NCBI GenBank assembly: GCA_965206695.1
Contig: CBDBKM010000003.1
Span: 1-64,000, forward strand
Length of the DNA: 64,000 nucleotides
Source of the DNA: Chlamydiales bacterium
GTDB lineage: Bacteria; Chlamydiota; Chlamydiia; Chlamydiales; JAAZZY01
Direction: 5' to 3'
Shown here: positions 46,134 to 55,629 of the stretch, one piece after another
Layout: every line of letters begins with the position of its first letter
Position numbering within the stretch: position 1 is the stretch's first letter
Position numbers and translations under genes: made by a program
Notes under the pieces: generated by a model
Seen by the model: the letters and a program-made list of their open reading frames with translations, nothing else
What the model was told of the DNA's origin: nothing
Database searches by the model: none

Positions 46134-47003
46134 ATGTCCATACTCATCAATAAAAAGACAAAAGTTATCACTCAAGGAATTACAGGCCGAGCAGGACAAT
46201 TTCATACCGAGCAATGTTTGAAATATGGTACTCAAATGGTCGGGGGAGTTACTCCCGGAAAGGGAGGTGAACCGAGTCTCGGACTGCCTGTTTTTGATAC
46301 GGTAAGGGAAGCCAAAAAAGCTGTTGGCTGTGATGCTACGATGATTTTTGTACCTGCTCCTTATGCAGCTGATGCTATTTTAGAAGCAGAAGAGGCCGGA
46401 ATTGCTTTGATTGTCTGCATAACCGAAGGCATCCCTGTTTATGATATGTTAGAAGTCTCTAACATAATGGCCAGAAGTCGGACGAGCCGACTAATTGGTC
46501 CGAATTGTCCCGGTATTATCACTCCCGATGAATGCAAGATTGGTATAATGCCCGGTTATATTCATAAAAAAGGGAAAATAGGTATTGTTTCCAGATCGGG
46601 AACATTAACATATGAAGCGGTATGGCAAACAACACAATTAGGTCTTGGGCAGTCGACTTGTATTGGTATTGGAGGAGATCCTTTAAACGGAACTCATTAT
46701 GTCGATGTCTTAAAGATGTTTATGGAGGATCCTGCCACTGAGGCCGTTCTATTAATAGGTGAGATAGGTGGTAATACAGAAGAGCAAGCAGCTGAATGGA
46801 TTAAATCCAATCAAACCAAACCGGTAGCTGCGTTTATCGCAGGTATGATGGCACCGCCGGGAAAACGTATGGGACATGCCGGTGCAATTATTTCGGACGG
46901 TAAAGGAACAGCCCAAAGCAAAGTAAGTGCTTTTGAAGAAGCCGGGGTGATTATCTCCCGTACCCCTGCTGAAATGGGCGAAGCTGTTATGAAAGCTTTA
47001 TAG
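46134..47003 (+). CDS. sucD: Succinyl-CoA synthetase alpha
   Basis: QGITG, GPNCPG, RMGHAGA. Confidence 0.97.
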   Translation: MSILINKKTKVITQGITGRAGQFHTEQCLKYGTQMVGGVTPGKGGEPSLGLPVFDTVREAKKAVGCDATMIFVPAPYAADAILEAEEAGIALIVCITEGIPVYDMLEVSNIMARSRTSRLIGPNCPGIITPDECKIGIMPGYIHKKGKIGIVSRSGTLTYEAVWQTTQLGLGQSTCIGIGGDPLNGTHYVDVLKMFMEDPATEAVLLIGEIGGNTEEQAAEWIKSNQTKPVAAFIAGMMAPPGKRMGHAGAIISDGKGTAQSKVSAFEEAGVIISRTPAEMGEAVMKAL

Positions 47004-47010
47004 GTATATT

Positions 47011-48156
47011 ATGTTATGTTGGCCCGGGCGAATACCCATCAAAATCCATCCGGTTTTTTGGCTTTTCGCCGCACTTATCGGTTTCTTTGCTACTCTCAAT
47101 TTTATCTATATGTTGATCTGGGTCATTGTGATCCTGGTTTCCGTATTAGTACATGAATTTGGGCATGCCTTAACGGCTAAAGCATTTGATCAACGGGCTC
47201 GCATCGAATTAATCGCTTTAGGAGGCTTAACTTTTCATGAAGGAAAAAAATTAAAGCTTTGGCAAGATTTTGTCATTGTTTTGATAGGACCCTTAGCTGG
47301 GCTGGTTCTTTGTGGTATTACCTATTTCTTGGTGAGATTCGTGCCGGCTGATATGCCGATTCTGTTGTATATTCTTTTGATTTTTGTTCGTATTAATCTT
47401 TTTTGGAGTTTAATAAATCTCTTACCCGTCTTACCATTAGATGGGGGGCAACTATTACGCATTATAATGGAAGGAATATTTGGTTTTAGAGGTTTAAAAA
47501 TCACTCTATTTGTAGGTGTTGTATTAGGAATTGGTATCGGTATCGGATTCTTTTATTTTGGAGCTCTTTTAATAGGAGCGATCTTTTTGCTTTTAGCCTT
47601 TGAGAGTTTTACTTCTTGGAAATATTTTAAACACATGACAAGTGAAGATAAAGACACAACACTGATTCATAGCTTAGAAGAAGGGGAAAAAGATTTAATA
47701 AAGGGTAACACGGATGAAGCTTTAAAAGAATTTGAAGAGCTGCGTAAAAAGTCTCAAAGGGGGCTTATTTATATAGAAGCCAGCGAGAAGATAGCATATT
47801 TATTGGAACAAAAAGGGGAGCGGAAAGCAGCCTACGATATCTTAAAGGAATTGAAAGAAGAGCTTTCAGGAGAGGGCAGACACTTATTGCACTGTCTAGC
47901 TTACCATAATAAAGACTATATCCTTACTTTAGAATTAGGCAAACGTTGCTTTCAAGATTTTCCTACTCATAATGTTGCTTTGATTAACGCTTTGGTTTGT
48001 GCTTCTTTGGATCAAACCAAACCGGCTATAGGATGGTTAGAATGCGCTATTCGTGAAGGTCTCCCTACCATATCAGAAGTTTTTGAGAAAAAAGAATTTG
48101 ATAAAATACGAGAAAACCCGACCTTTCAAGCTTTTATGAAAAATTATCATTCTTAG
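47011..48156 (+). CDS. Site-2 protease (M50) with C-terminal TPR-like region
   Basis: HEFGH, NLLPVLPLDGG. Confidence 0.88.
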   Translation: MLCWPGRIPIKIHPVFWLFAALIGFFATLNFIYMLIWVIVILVSVLVHEFGHALTAKAFDQRARIELIALGGLTFHEGKKLKLWQDFVIVLIGPLAGLVLCGITYFLVRFVPADMPILLYILLIFVRINLFWSLINLLPVLPLDGGQLLRIIMEGIFGFRGLKITLFVGVVLGIGIGIGFFYFGALLIGAIFLLLAFESFTSWKYFKHMTSEDKDTTLIHSLEEGEKDLIKGNTDEALKEFEELRKKSQRGLIYIEASEKIAYLLEQKGERKAAYDILKELKEELSGEGRHLLHCLAYHNKDYILTLELGKRCFQDFPTHNVALINALVCASLDQTKPAIGWLECAIREGLPTISEVFEKKEFDKIRENPTFQAFMKNYHS

Positions 48157-48805
48157 AAAAATGGATCGTTACAGTTGTGTATAGTAGTTTAAATTATAAA
48201 TTTTACTAATAACTCGTTCACCACTCATTCAAGATTTCTGCATAACTGACTTGATAATATTTTTTAAAACCCACTGATTGTCTAAAGGCCCTTTCAACAT
48301 CGAAGTGCAACAAATAGGAAAAATTTTAAAATGGCCAAATGCCGGTAAAATCTCTATAACCTGATGTTCCTTATGATACCTTTTTAACACAGTCTATTTT
48401 ATTAAACCTAATGCAATGAAGATTTCAGCATACAGCTGTCACCTACATTAGCTATCGGCACACAGTTTATTTTTATTGATTTCATAAAACTATACCTACT
48501 GTTTTTGTTTATTTCACTAATATTATCATGTTATTTTATTAATAAATTTAATCCATAATTTCCACAAGTCATTAATAATGATCAGTATACGGAAAAAAAA
48601 TCAATAATATGCATAATTAATTGTATCAATAAAACACATTTAGTTATATAATTAATTGCACACAAACTAACGACAACTATTAAATAAAAAAACAATTAAT
48701 ATAATTAGTGGTCTGTTGAAAACAGTATTGCAAGTCCTTGATTAGTTAACAACCTCTACAGCTTATCAGTGACTTAGGTGAACTTTTGAAATACACTTAT
48801 GATAG

Positions 48806-50815
48806 ATGGATATGTATAATATAATTAATATGATAGGTGATAATGTTACTAACGTAATTTCATTTATCAATGATAATTCTTCCCCGGTCAATATTGCTGC
48901 GATAACATGTCCGCTGCTATTTGCGCTAGCTGTCTTAAAATCACCGGGCCCGGAATTATTTAAGATCAATTACGAACGAATAACTATGATGGCTATTCCT
49001 AAGATACGTTTAATCCTTGAAAACCAAAGAAATACAATAGAGCGCATGGTGCATAATTTATTTATGCATCCGGAATTGAGAGATAGATCTCTTTTGGATC
49101 GTATTTTAACAATCCCTGAAGGCCACATAGAAGATGTTCAGATATTTAATATTGATGACTTCAATAGAACACGCGTCTTGGAATATCTTATGCTTATTTC
49201 TGAAGATAAACGTAAACAATTCATTCAACAGGCTCGGACGTTTATCACAACAGAGACGGATCCCTCTAATGGACTTATAGTCTTAGGATATCTTATAAAT
49301 TTTTCTGAAGATCAACGTGAACAATTCATTCAACAGGCTCAGACGTTTATCACAACAGATACGAACGCCGCTACTAGATTTCTAGTCTTGAATACTATTG
49401 CAAATACCCGTCACGATCAACGGGAAAATATCATTCACCGGGTTCGGATGCTTATCACAACAGATATGGAGTTCTGTGATATAATTAAAATCTTCGAAGC
49501 TGTTCAAATTATTACAGATTTGGAGGCTATTCTAGGAGAGACTCTTCTGGGATACACTATCCCTGAAATTCTATGCACAGATTTAATAGAAGATGTTCTG
49601 GATCTAACCAAATCAGATCAAGATTTTTTGAATACAATAAAAAATTTGCAGGTGGCTATAACGTTGCTCCCTAACAATCAGCTTGAAATTTTAATGCCAA
49701 ATATTCAGAGTTTGATTGCATCAGATCAGAATTATTTGGATATAATGAGAGCCTTCCGGGATGCTTTATTTCCCCCTGAAAATCAAGGTGGAAATCCAAT
49801 ACAGAGTGAGACTCAACTCGAACTTTCAAGAACGGAGTTTCAAGAAAACTCTAAAGCTCTTTTATTAAATTATGCTAAAGAGATAATTGATTACGGATCC
49901 GGGCAGACGCCTTCTATTTCATACACAGACGAGAAGGGGCAGGACGTAGGAGGACTTACAAGAGATTTTATCACAAACATTTTTCTTGAAATATATACTA
50001 ACTCTGAAGTATTCAATACGAAATCAATAGATGATCAGGGTGTCCTGATTCATCTTGATGATGCACAGGATAGCGAGATTTCTAAGGCAATCGGAATTAT
50101 TTTAGGTACAGCCTTAATCAATCAAACATTCTCAATAGGAAAAGGTTTTCATCCCGTTTTATTTCATATGATTAAGATTCTTAATCAAAAAGACTTTCAA
50201 CACATCCCGGGCAATATTCAAAGTATAGCAGATCTAAATAAGCTGTTACATAAGGAGTCGTCAGGTAAAGTATTCACTAAGCTCTTTGATAAATATATAG
50301 AAATCATTTATCCTGAAGGTCTTGCCGGGATGAACAATAAAGAGTTTTTAGAAACTTATCCTGAACCTCATCAAGTGATTCGGTCTATTGCCCTCATTGC
50401 AAAGCACATGTATAATTATCTTGTCAAACATGATAATGGTTGGGATGCGGTTGCAAAGATAAGTCATGAAACCTTATCTAAGAGATTAGAAGGAGAGATC
50501 TCCAAACAATTGTTAAAAACATCGATTCAATCAAACAATGAAAATTTAACTGCATTAATAAATAACTGGGTTGATTCGGCAAATGATGATCAGTTAAAGG
50601 AGTTTCTTCTTTGTGCAACAGGATCTTTCACTTTATTACCTCAACAAAAATTATTTATGGAGCGAGTGAGCAATTCCAATCAATCATTTACTTTTCATAC
50701 TTGTTCCGGAACGGTAGAAGTCAGCATTGATACCACGCAGCCTCCGGATCAAGCAACATTCAACTGTCATTTAGATACATCTATTAGCATGCCAAATGAA
50801 TTTCAAATACTATAA
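48806..50815 (+). CDS. Putative HECT-type E3 ubiquitin ligase effector
   Basis: EKGQDVGGLTRDF, EFLLCATGS..LP, FHTC, Phe at position -4. Confidence 0.72.
   Translation: MDMYNIINMIGDNVTNVISFINDNSSPVNIAAITCPLLFALAVLKSPGPELFKINYERITMMAIPKIRLILENQRNTIERMVHNLFMHPELRDRSLLDRILTIPEGHIEDVQIFNIDDFNRTRVLEYLMLISEDKRKQFIQQARTFITTETDPSNGLIVLGYLINFSEDQREQFIQQAQTFITTDTNAATRFLVLNTIANTRHDQRENIIHRVRMLITTDMEFCDIIKIFEAVQIITDLEAILGETLLGYTIPEILCTDLIEDVLDLTKSDQDFLNTIKNLQVAITLLPNNQLEILMPNIQSLIASDQNYLDIMRAFRDALFPPENQGGNPIQSETQLELSRTEFQENSKALLLNYAKEIIDYGSGQTPSISYTDEKGQDVGGLTRDFITNIFLEIYTNSEVFNTKSIDDQGVLIHLDDAQDSEISKAIGIILGTALINQTFSIGKGFHPVLFHMIKILNQKDFQHIPGNIQSIADLNKLLHKESSGKVFTKLFDKYIEIIYPEGLAGMNNKEFLETYPEPHQVIRSIALIAKHMYNYLVKHDNGWDAVAKISHETLSKRLEGEISKQLLKTSIQSNNENLTALINNWVDSANDDQLKEFLLCATGSFTLLPQQKLFMERVSNSNQSFTFHTCSGTVEVSIDTTQPPDQATFNCHLDTSISMPNEFQIL
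49175..49500 (+). repeat. Three 105-bp (35-aa) intragenic tandem repeats
   Basis: Units start GTCTT at 49175, 49280, 49385 and share (Q/K)R..(F/I)I......ITT. Confidence 0.8.
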
Positions 50816-50903
50816 TACCGGGTGTTTACCGGCTGTGTGAAAACAGCAAGTAAGGTAGTTGCATCTATATAGTGATGAAAATTATTATTTAAACCACTAT
50901 GCA

Positions 50904-52346
50904 TCATGCATGGTCATTATGTTCTATGTGAGCTTTCCATTCCGGTTTTTTAAAATGGTGAACAATAAGCGGTATCGCAATAAGAACAGCGATGCCTATG
51001 ATTAAAAAAGATTCATAAAAAATAAGACTGCCTGATTGTATTTGATCGGGAGGAACAAAGCCAATAAAGAAGGTAGCTATTGATGCGATTAATCCAAGGC
51101 CTGCAACTAACCACATTCCCAACTTCCCTCCAAATACTTTATAGGACCGCTCCATTGTGGGTTTAGAATATCTAAGGCGAATACCTGCTGCTAATAATAG
51201 AATATAAAAGATCAGGTACACTTGCGTTGTTAAGGCTGTTAAAATCCAATAAGAGCTGTTTATATCAGGCATAATAATAAAAATAAAAGCTAGCGGTGTG
51301 ACGATAACACCTTGAAAAAGAAGAAGCGCTATCGGCACCTGCTTTTTATTTGCCTTTTGGAAAAAAGGAGGCAAAATACCATGTCTTGCTGTTATATAAA
51401 GTCCTTTAACAGGTCCAATAATCCATGTACTTACTTGACTAAATGTTCCTAGGGCCATACAGGAAGCAATGACAGGAATTAACCAAACGAGGTTATAGGC
51501 TTTTAAAAATATGCTAAAAGCTTCCATAACGCCTGCTACTAAACTGATTTGATTTTTAGGGATTACAATGGCAATAGCTAAGGAAGCTACCACTAATAAA
51601 ATAAGGATGATCACAACAGAGCATAAAATAGCTTTAGAATAGTTCACTCTTGGATTTTTAACTTCTCTTGCATGTACAGCGCTCATTTCAATACCTGCAA
51701 GTCCTAATACCACTCCGGCTATAAATACTAAATTGCTTACATCAAAATTAGGTATAAAAGAATCGAAGCTTAATGAGATTTGACTCCGGTGTCCTGAGGC
51801 TATCCAAACGATACCCATCAATATAATAAATAAACCCGGAAGAACCGTTCCGATTAAAACTCCTATAGTACTCACCCAGCCGGAAACTTTCATGCCTAAC
51901 AGATTAATGAGAGTACACACCCAATAAATAACCAAGATGGTAATAAGCAGATACACTTTATTGTGAGCTAAGTCCGGATTTATGAAGTAAGCCATAGTGG
52001 CAGCAGCAAAAGCCAAAACAGTTGGAAACCAGATGATATTTTCGATAAACTGCATCCAAATAGCTAAGAATCCCAATCTAGATCCAAAAGCTTCCTCTAT
52101 CCATATATATGCTCCTCCTGCCTTAGGAATAGCAGTCGCAAGTTCTGCTGATACTAAAGATACCGGAATGAAAAAAGCAATGGCTGCAATGATATAAATA
52201 AAGACAAGTCCTAAACCATATGTGGAAGTTAACGGCAGTCCTCGCAAGCTGGTAATAGCCGCTACATTAATCATGGTAAGGACAAAGACGCTTAGCACAC
52301 GTCTTGAAGGGATAGATGAAGTATTCATAAATATTTCTAATATCAA
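50904..52346 (-). CDS. APC-family amino acid permease (GadC-like)
   Basis: SLRGLP, LVSAELAT, GIEMSAVHA; multiple TM helices. Confidence 0.9.
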   Translation of the reverse strand: MILEIFMNTSSIPSRRVLSVFVLTMINVAAITSLRGLPLTSTYGLGLVFIYIIAAIAFFIPVSLVSAELATAIPKAGGAYIWIEEAFGSRLGFLAIWMQFIENIIWFPTVLAFAAATMAYFINPDLAHNKVYLLITILVIYWVCTLINLLGMKVSGWVSTIGVLIGTVLPGLFIILMGIVWIASGHRSQISLSFDSFIPNFDVSNLVFIAGVVLGLAGIEMSAVHAREVKNPRVNYSKAILCSVVIILILLVVASLAIAIVIPKNQISLVAGVMEAFSIFLKAYNLVWLIPVIASCMALGTFSQVSTWIIGPVKGLYITARHGILPPFFQKANKKQVPIALLLFQGVIVTPLAFIFIIMPDINSSYWILTALTTQVYLIFYILLLAAGIRLRYSKPTMERSYKVFGGKLGMWLVAGLGLIASIATFFIGFVPPDQIQSGSLIFYESFLIIGIAVLIAIPLIVHHFKKPEWKAHIEHNDHA

Positions 52347-52395
52347 GTTAAAGATATCAAAAGCAAGTCCAAATGCTTACAACGTATCAAACAGC

Positions 52396-54015
52396 TTAAG
52401 GTAATAGACTTTGATTGAGGACGGTTTGCAGCACTTTATTCTGTAATATGCGTGAGAAAAGAGTCGCTTTTTGATGATCTTCTTTTTGATTGAAAAGGTA
52501 GACGTCATAAAAGGAGAGGGGATTTTCAGGTAATTTCTTTTCCCAATTTGGTTGAGATGAAATGTTATGGTTCAATAATTTTAGATGGCCTTTTCCGGAG
52601 GGATGAAAAACATCAGCTCTAATCATTTTAGGAACAAGATTGATTTCATTTTCTTCAATGACATTGTATAGAATCCCTTGTGTGCCTTTTATTTTGGTTG
52701 CAAAGGTATTTATAATAACAGAACCTTCAACTTCGATATGATCAGCGGTAACACCAATAAGCACACTATTTTTTATAGTGCCTGATTTGATTGTACAGTT
52801 GATAAGACAAGATTGTTCATCAATTTTTAATTCTTTTATTGGTAAATTATCCTGTTTGTTGTTTGATACGGCAAAGAATGAACGAAGAGCTAGAGCTTCA
52901 TGATCAGTATCTGTTAACTTTAAGCTATTCTTATAAAAAGAATCGATATTCCCATAATCCCACCAGTAACTATTACTTCCAATATCTACAGCACCAAAAA
53001 AACCTAAATCTGTATGATGTTGTTGAAACTGCGATTTAAAGTTTTGCATGCGTTGATAATGAGATTCCATTTTATTAGAAGGCTCTATTTTTTGAGACAT
53101 AAGAGAAAAGTAGGTATCGGAATCTAAAGTTAGAGGCATCCATAAGTGAGGATCGGTATCTAATTTAGTATTTTTTTGTGCTAATTCCTCCTTAAACTCT
53201 TTTAAAAGGGCTTGAAGCATTTCTAAAGATAAACTAAAAGAACCCAGGCTAATACCAAGTTTATTCTTGGCGTCAAATTTATTTTTGCCCTGCAGCTGTA
53301 AAAACGTTTCATATTTGAGTTTTTCTAATTGTTTCGCCTCATCATCTTTATCAATGGGAATAAGTCCATAGCGATTTAAGCCTCTTATCTTCCAAACATC
53401 TTCTGAAGGATGATCAATCTGTTGCATGTAAATATTTATATGATGTTTGGCATTCTGATTTAATTCTTTACTCGGAATAAATAATTGATCGCCCCAAAAA
53501 ACAGATAAGCGTTTCTTAGTGTTATTGACAAAGATAGCTGTTTGCTTGATCACGGCTTCTAGGAGAGTGATTGCCAAGACTTCTGTTCGATGAAGAACAG
53601 CTCCCGGCAATTTAACTTTAGATTTACTGTTCTGTTCACTACCCGGCAGAGGAGCCAGACGAGTGCCTTTCCCCGCTGTATGATAAAGAGCGATAGAAGC
53701 CCCTTCGGCTAATTTTTTAAAAAGATCAAACCCATGTCGCTCTTTTGCCGTTTGATTCGCTTCATCAAAAGCGAATAACGTGCCTAGAGCATTACCGGCA
53801 CCACCTGCCCAGTCTTCATAAATAGCAAAGACATAGGCGGAAGGTTTTAAAATTTGCCCACGCATATCATCCAGTCGTTTTTGCCAGAATTTTTTTTCAA
53901 ATTCACTATTTGTAGCAACAATAATGATATCCATTCCTTGCGAGATGACATGCATCTTTTCTATGTTTTTTAAAATAACTGATTCTGAAGGGTTTCTTTG
54001 ATGAGATATATTCAT
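52396..54015 (-). CDS. NDP-sugar pyrophosphorylase-like protein
   Basis: AGKGTRLAPL, WGDQ, YWWDYG, short beta-helix-like tail. Confidence 0.6.
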   Translation of the reverse strand: MNISHQRNPSESVILKNIEKMHVISQGMDIIIVATNSEFEKKFWQKRLDDMRGQILKPSAYVFAIYEDWAGGAGNALGTLFAFDEANQTAKERHGFDLFKKLAEGASIALYHTAGKGTRLAPLPGSEQNSKSKVKLPGAVLHRTEVLAITLLEAVIKQTAIFVNNTKKRLSVFWGDQLFIPSKELNQNAKHHINIYMQQIDHPSEDVWKIRGLNRYGLIPIDKDDEAKQLEKLKYETFLQLQGKNKFDAKNKLGISLGSFSLSLEMLQALLKEFKEELAQKNTKLDTDPHLWMPLTLDSDTYFSLMSQKIEPSNKMESHYQRMQNFKSQFQQHHTDLGFFGAVDIGSNSYWWDYGNIDSFYKNSLKLTDTDHEALALRSFFAVSNNKQDNLPIKELKIDEQSCLINCTIKSGTIKNSVLIGVTADHIEVEGSVIINTFATKIKGTQGILYNVIEENEINLVPKMIRADVFHPSGKGHLKLLNHNISSQPNWEKKLPENPLSFYDVYLFNQKEDHQKATLFSRILQNKVLQTVLNQSLLP

Positions 54016-54024
54016 GATTCAGGA

Positions 54025-55521
54025 TTAGTTTAGATTAATCGATACAAAACGGGTTACTTTACCATATTTTACTAATAATAGAACCCTTTGGTTAGTAGGA
54101 TTATGTTTTAATGCGTCGTAAAATTCCTTGATATCACTAATATTTTTCCTATTAATAGCTAATATTAAACTACCCGGTAGTATCCCGGCCTGTACTCCGG
54201 GAGATTTATTGGCTACTTTGGTAACCAAAGCACCTTTTTCCCGGGAGCTATACCCTAGTTGTTGGGCATATTCTTCAGAAAGATCTTCGACAAAAAATCC
54301 TAATTTATTAGCTATTTCACCTGCGTTTTCTTGAGTTGCTTCTTTAGGATGTTGACCTATGACCACTCTTATATGTTGGTTTTTTCCATCTCGGTTAACC
54401 GTAAGGTGCATGGGTGTACCCGGATCCATCAAGGCAACACTACTACTAAATGAAATCAGTGATTGAATAGATGTGTTATCATATTTAACGATAATATCTC
54501 CCTGTTGCAAGCCTGCGTCTTGTGCCGGTGAATGAGGCGCTACTTCAACTACGACCGCACCATGGTGCTCTTCAATATTAAAAGCTTGAGCAAGATCCGG
54601 TGTTAACGGTTGCAGTGCGATGCCTAAAAATCCGTGAGTGATTTGTCCATTTTCTATTAATTGGTTTTTGATATGCTTAACAATATTGACGGGAATAGCA
54701 AAACCTATTCCCATAGGTATACCTTTGTTTGTGAAAATAGCTGTGTTAATACCAATGACTTCGCTGTTAAGATTTAACAGTGGTCCACCGGAATTACCGG
54801 GATTAATATCTGCATCTGTCTGAATAAAGTCGTCCCATTTGGTTATATTGAGATTGCCTCTTCCTGTTGCACTAACAACTCCAACGGTTAAAGAAGCCCT
54901 AAATTCAAAAGGATTTCCAATGGCTACAACCCATTCACCAATTTCGATTTCATCAGAGTTTCCAAGTTCAAGAAAAGGGAAATTTGTTCCTTCTACTTTT
55001 ATAACAGCCACCTCAGTATTTGGATCTAAGCCCACAATACCGGCTTCATATTCTCTTCCGTCTTGTAAAGTAACCGTGATTCTTTCAGCATCTTTAACAA
55101 CATGGTTATTTGTAACGACATAACCATCGGAGCTAACAAAAAAGCCTGAGCCCGTTCCTTGCATTACCGGCTGTTGCTGTGCTTGAGATGTTCGTGGATT
55201 GCCAAAGAAGCGATAGAATGATTCTTGATTAAAAAGATTATTCTCAGAAATGCCTATATGATTTTGTGTTTTAATAAACACAACAGCCGGGATTGCTTTT
55301 TTAGCAAAACTTGTAAAGGCTTTAGAGGTTTCTTTTAAAATATTAATGCCTTCTAAAGCTTCTGTTTCCTTATTTTCTTGTTCGAAATGCGTATTTTTGG
55401 CGGTTAGCGTAGCAATAGAGATGAATGAGAAAAAAGAGAAGCCAAGAAAAAGAGCTGTACATCTGCTTGCTTTAGAAAATAATTGCTTTGAAATCACTCT
55501 TAAACCTCCTTGCTTTTTCAA
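54025..55521 (-). CDS. htrA: HtrA/DegP serine protease
   Basis: TNNHVV, GNSGGPL, two PDZ domains. Confidence 0.95.
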   Translation of the reverse strand: MKKQGGLRVISKQLFSKASRCTALFLGFSFFSFISIATLTAKNTHFEQENKETEALEGINILKETSKAFTSFAKKAIPAVVFIKTQNHIGISENNLFNQESFYRFFGNPRTSQAQQQPVMQGTGSGFFVSSDGYVVTNNHVVKDAERITVTLQDGREYEAGIVGLDPNTEVAVIKVEGTNFPFLELGNSDEIEIGEWVVAIGNPFEFRASLTVGVVSATGRGNLNITKWDDFIQTDADINPGNSGGPLLNLNSEVIGINTAIFTNKGIPMGIGFAIPVNIVKHIKNQLIENGQITHGFLGIALQPLTPDLAQAFNIEEHHGAVVVEVAPHSPAQDAGLQQGDIIVKYDNTSIQSLISFSSSVALMDPGTPMHLTVNRDGKNQHIRVVIGQHPKEATQENAGEIANKLGFFVEDLSEEYAQQLGYSSREKGALVTKVANKSPGVQAGILPGSLILAINRKNISDIKEFYDALKHNPTNQRVLLLVKYGKVTRFVSINLN

Positions 55522-55629
55522 GTTGAAAATATACCATTTTAACCACTTGATGAGATAAACCTCAAGTTCATAGTTATTTCAATTGTTTAGTTTATAAGTT
55601 TTATTTTTTGATAAAAGTTATAAAACGCG

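Noticed and set aside
48178..48460. Possible further IS630 end remnant
   Set aside because: Too degenerate to support
49175..49500. Possible CRISPR-like periodicity
   Set aside because: 105-bp in-frame coding repeats with no repeat-spacer structure; no CRISPR array or cas gene seen in the window
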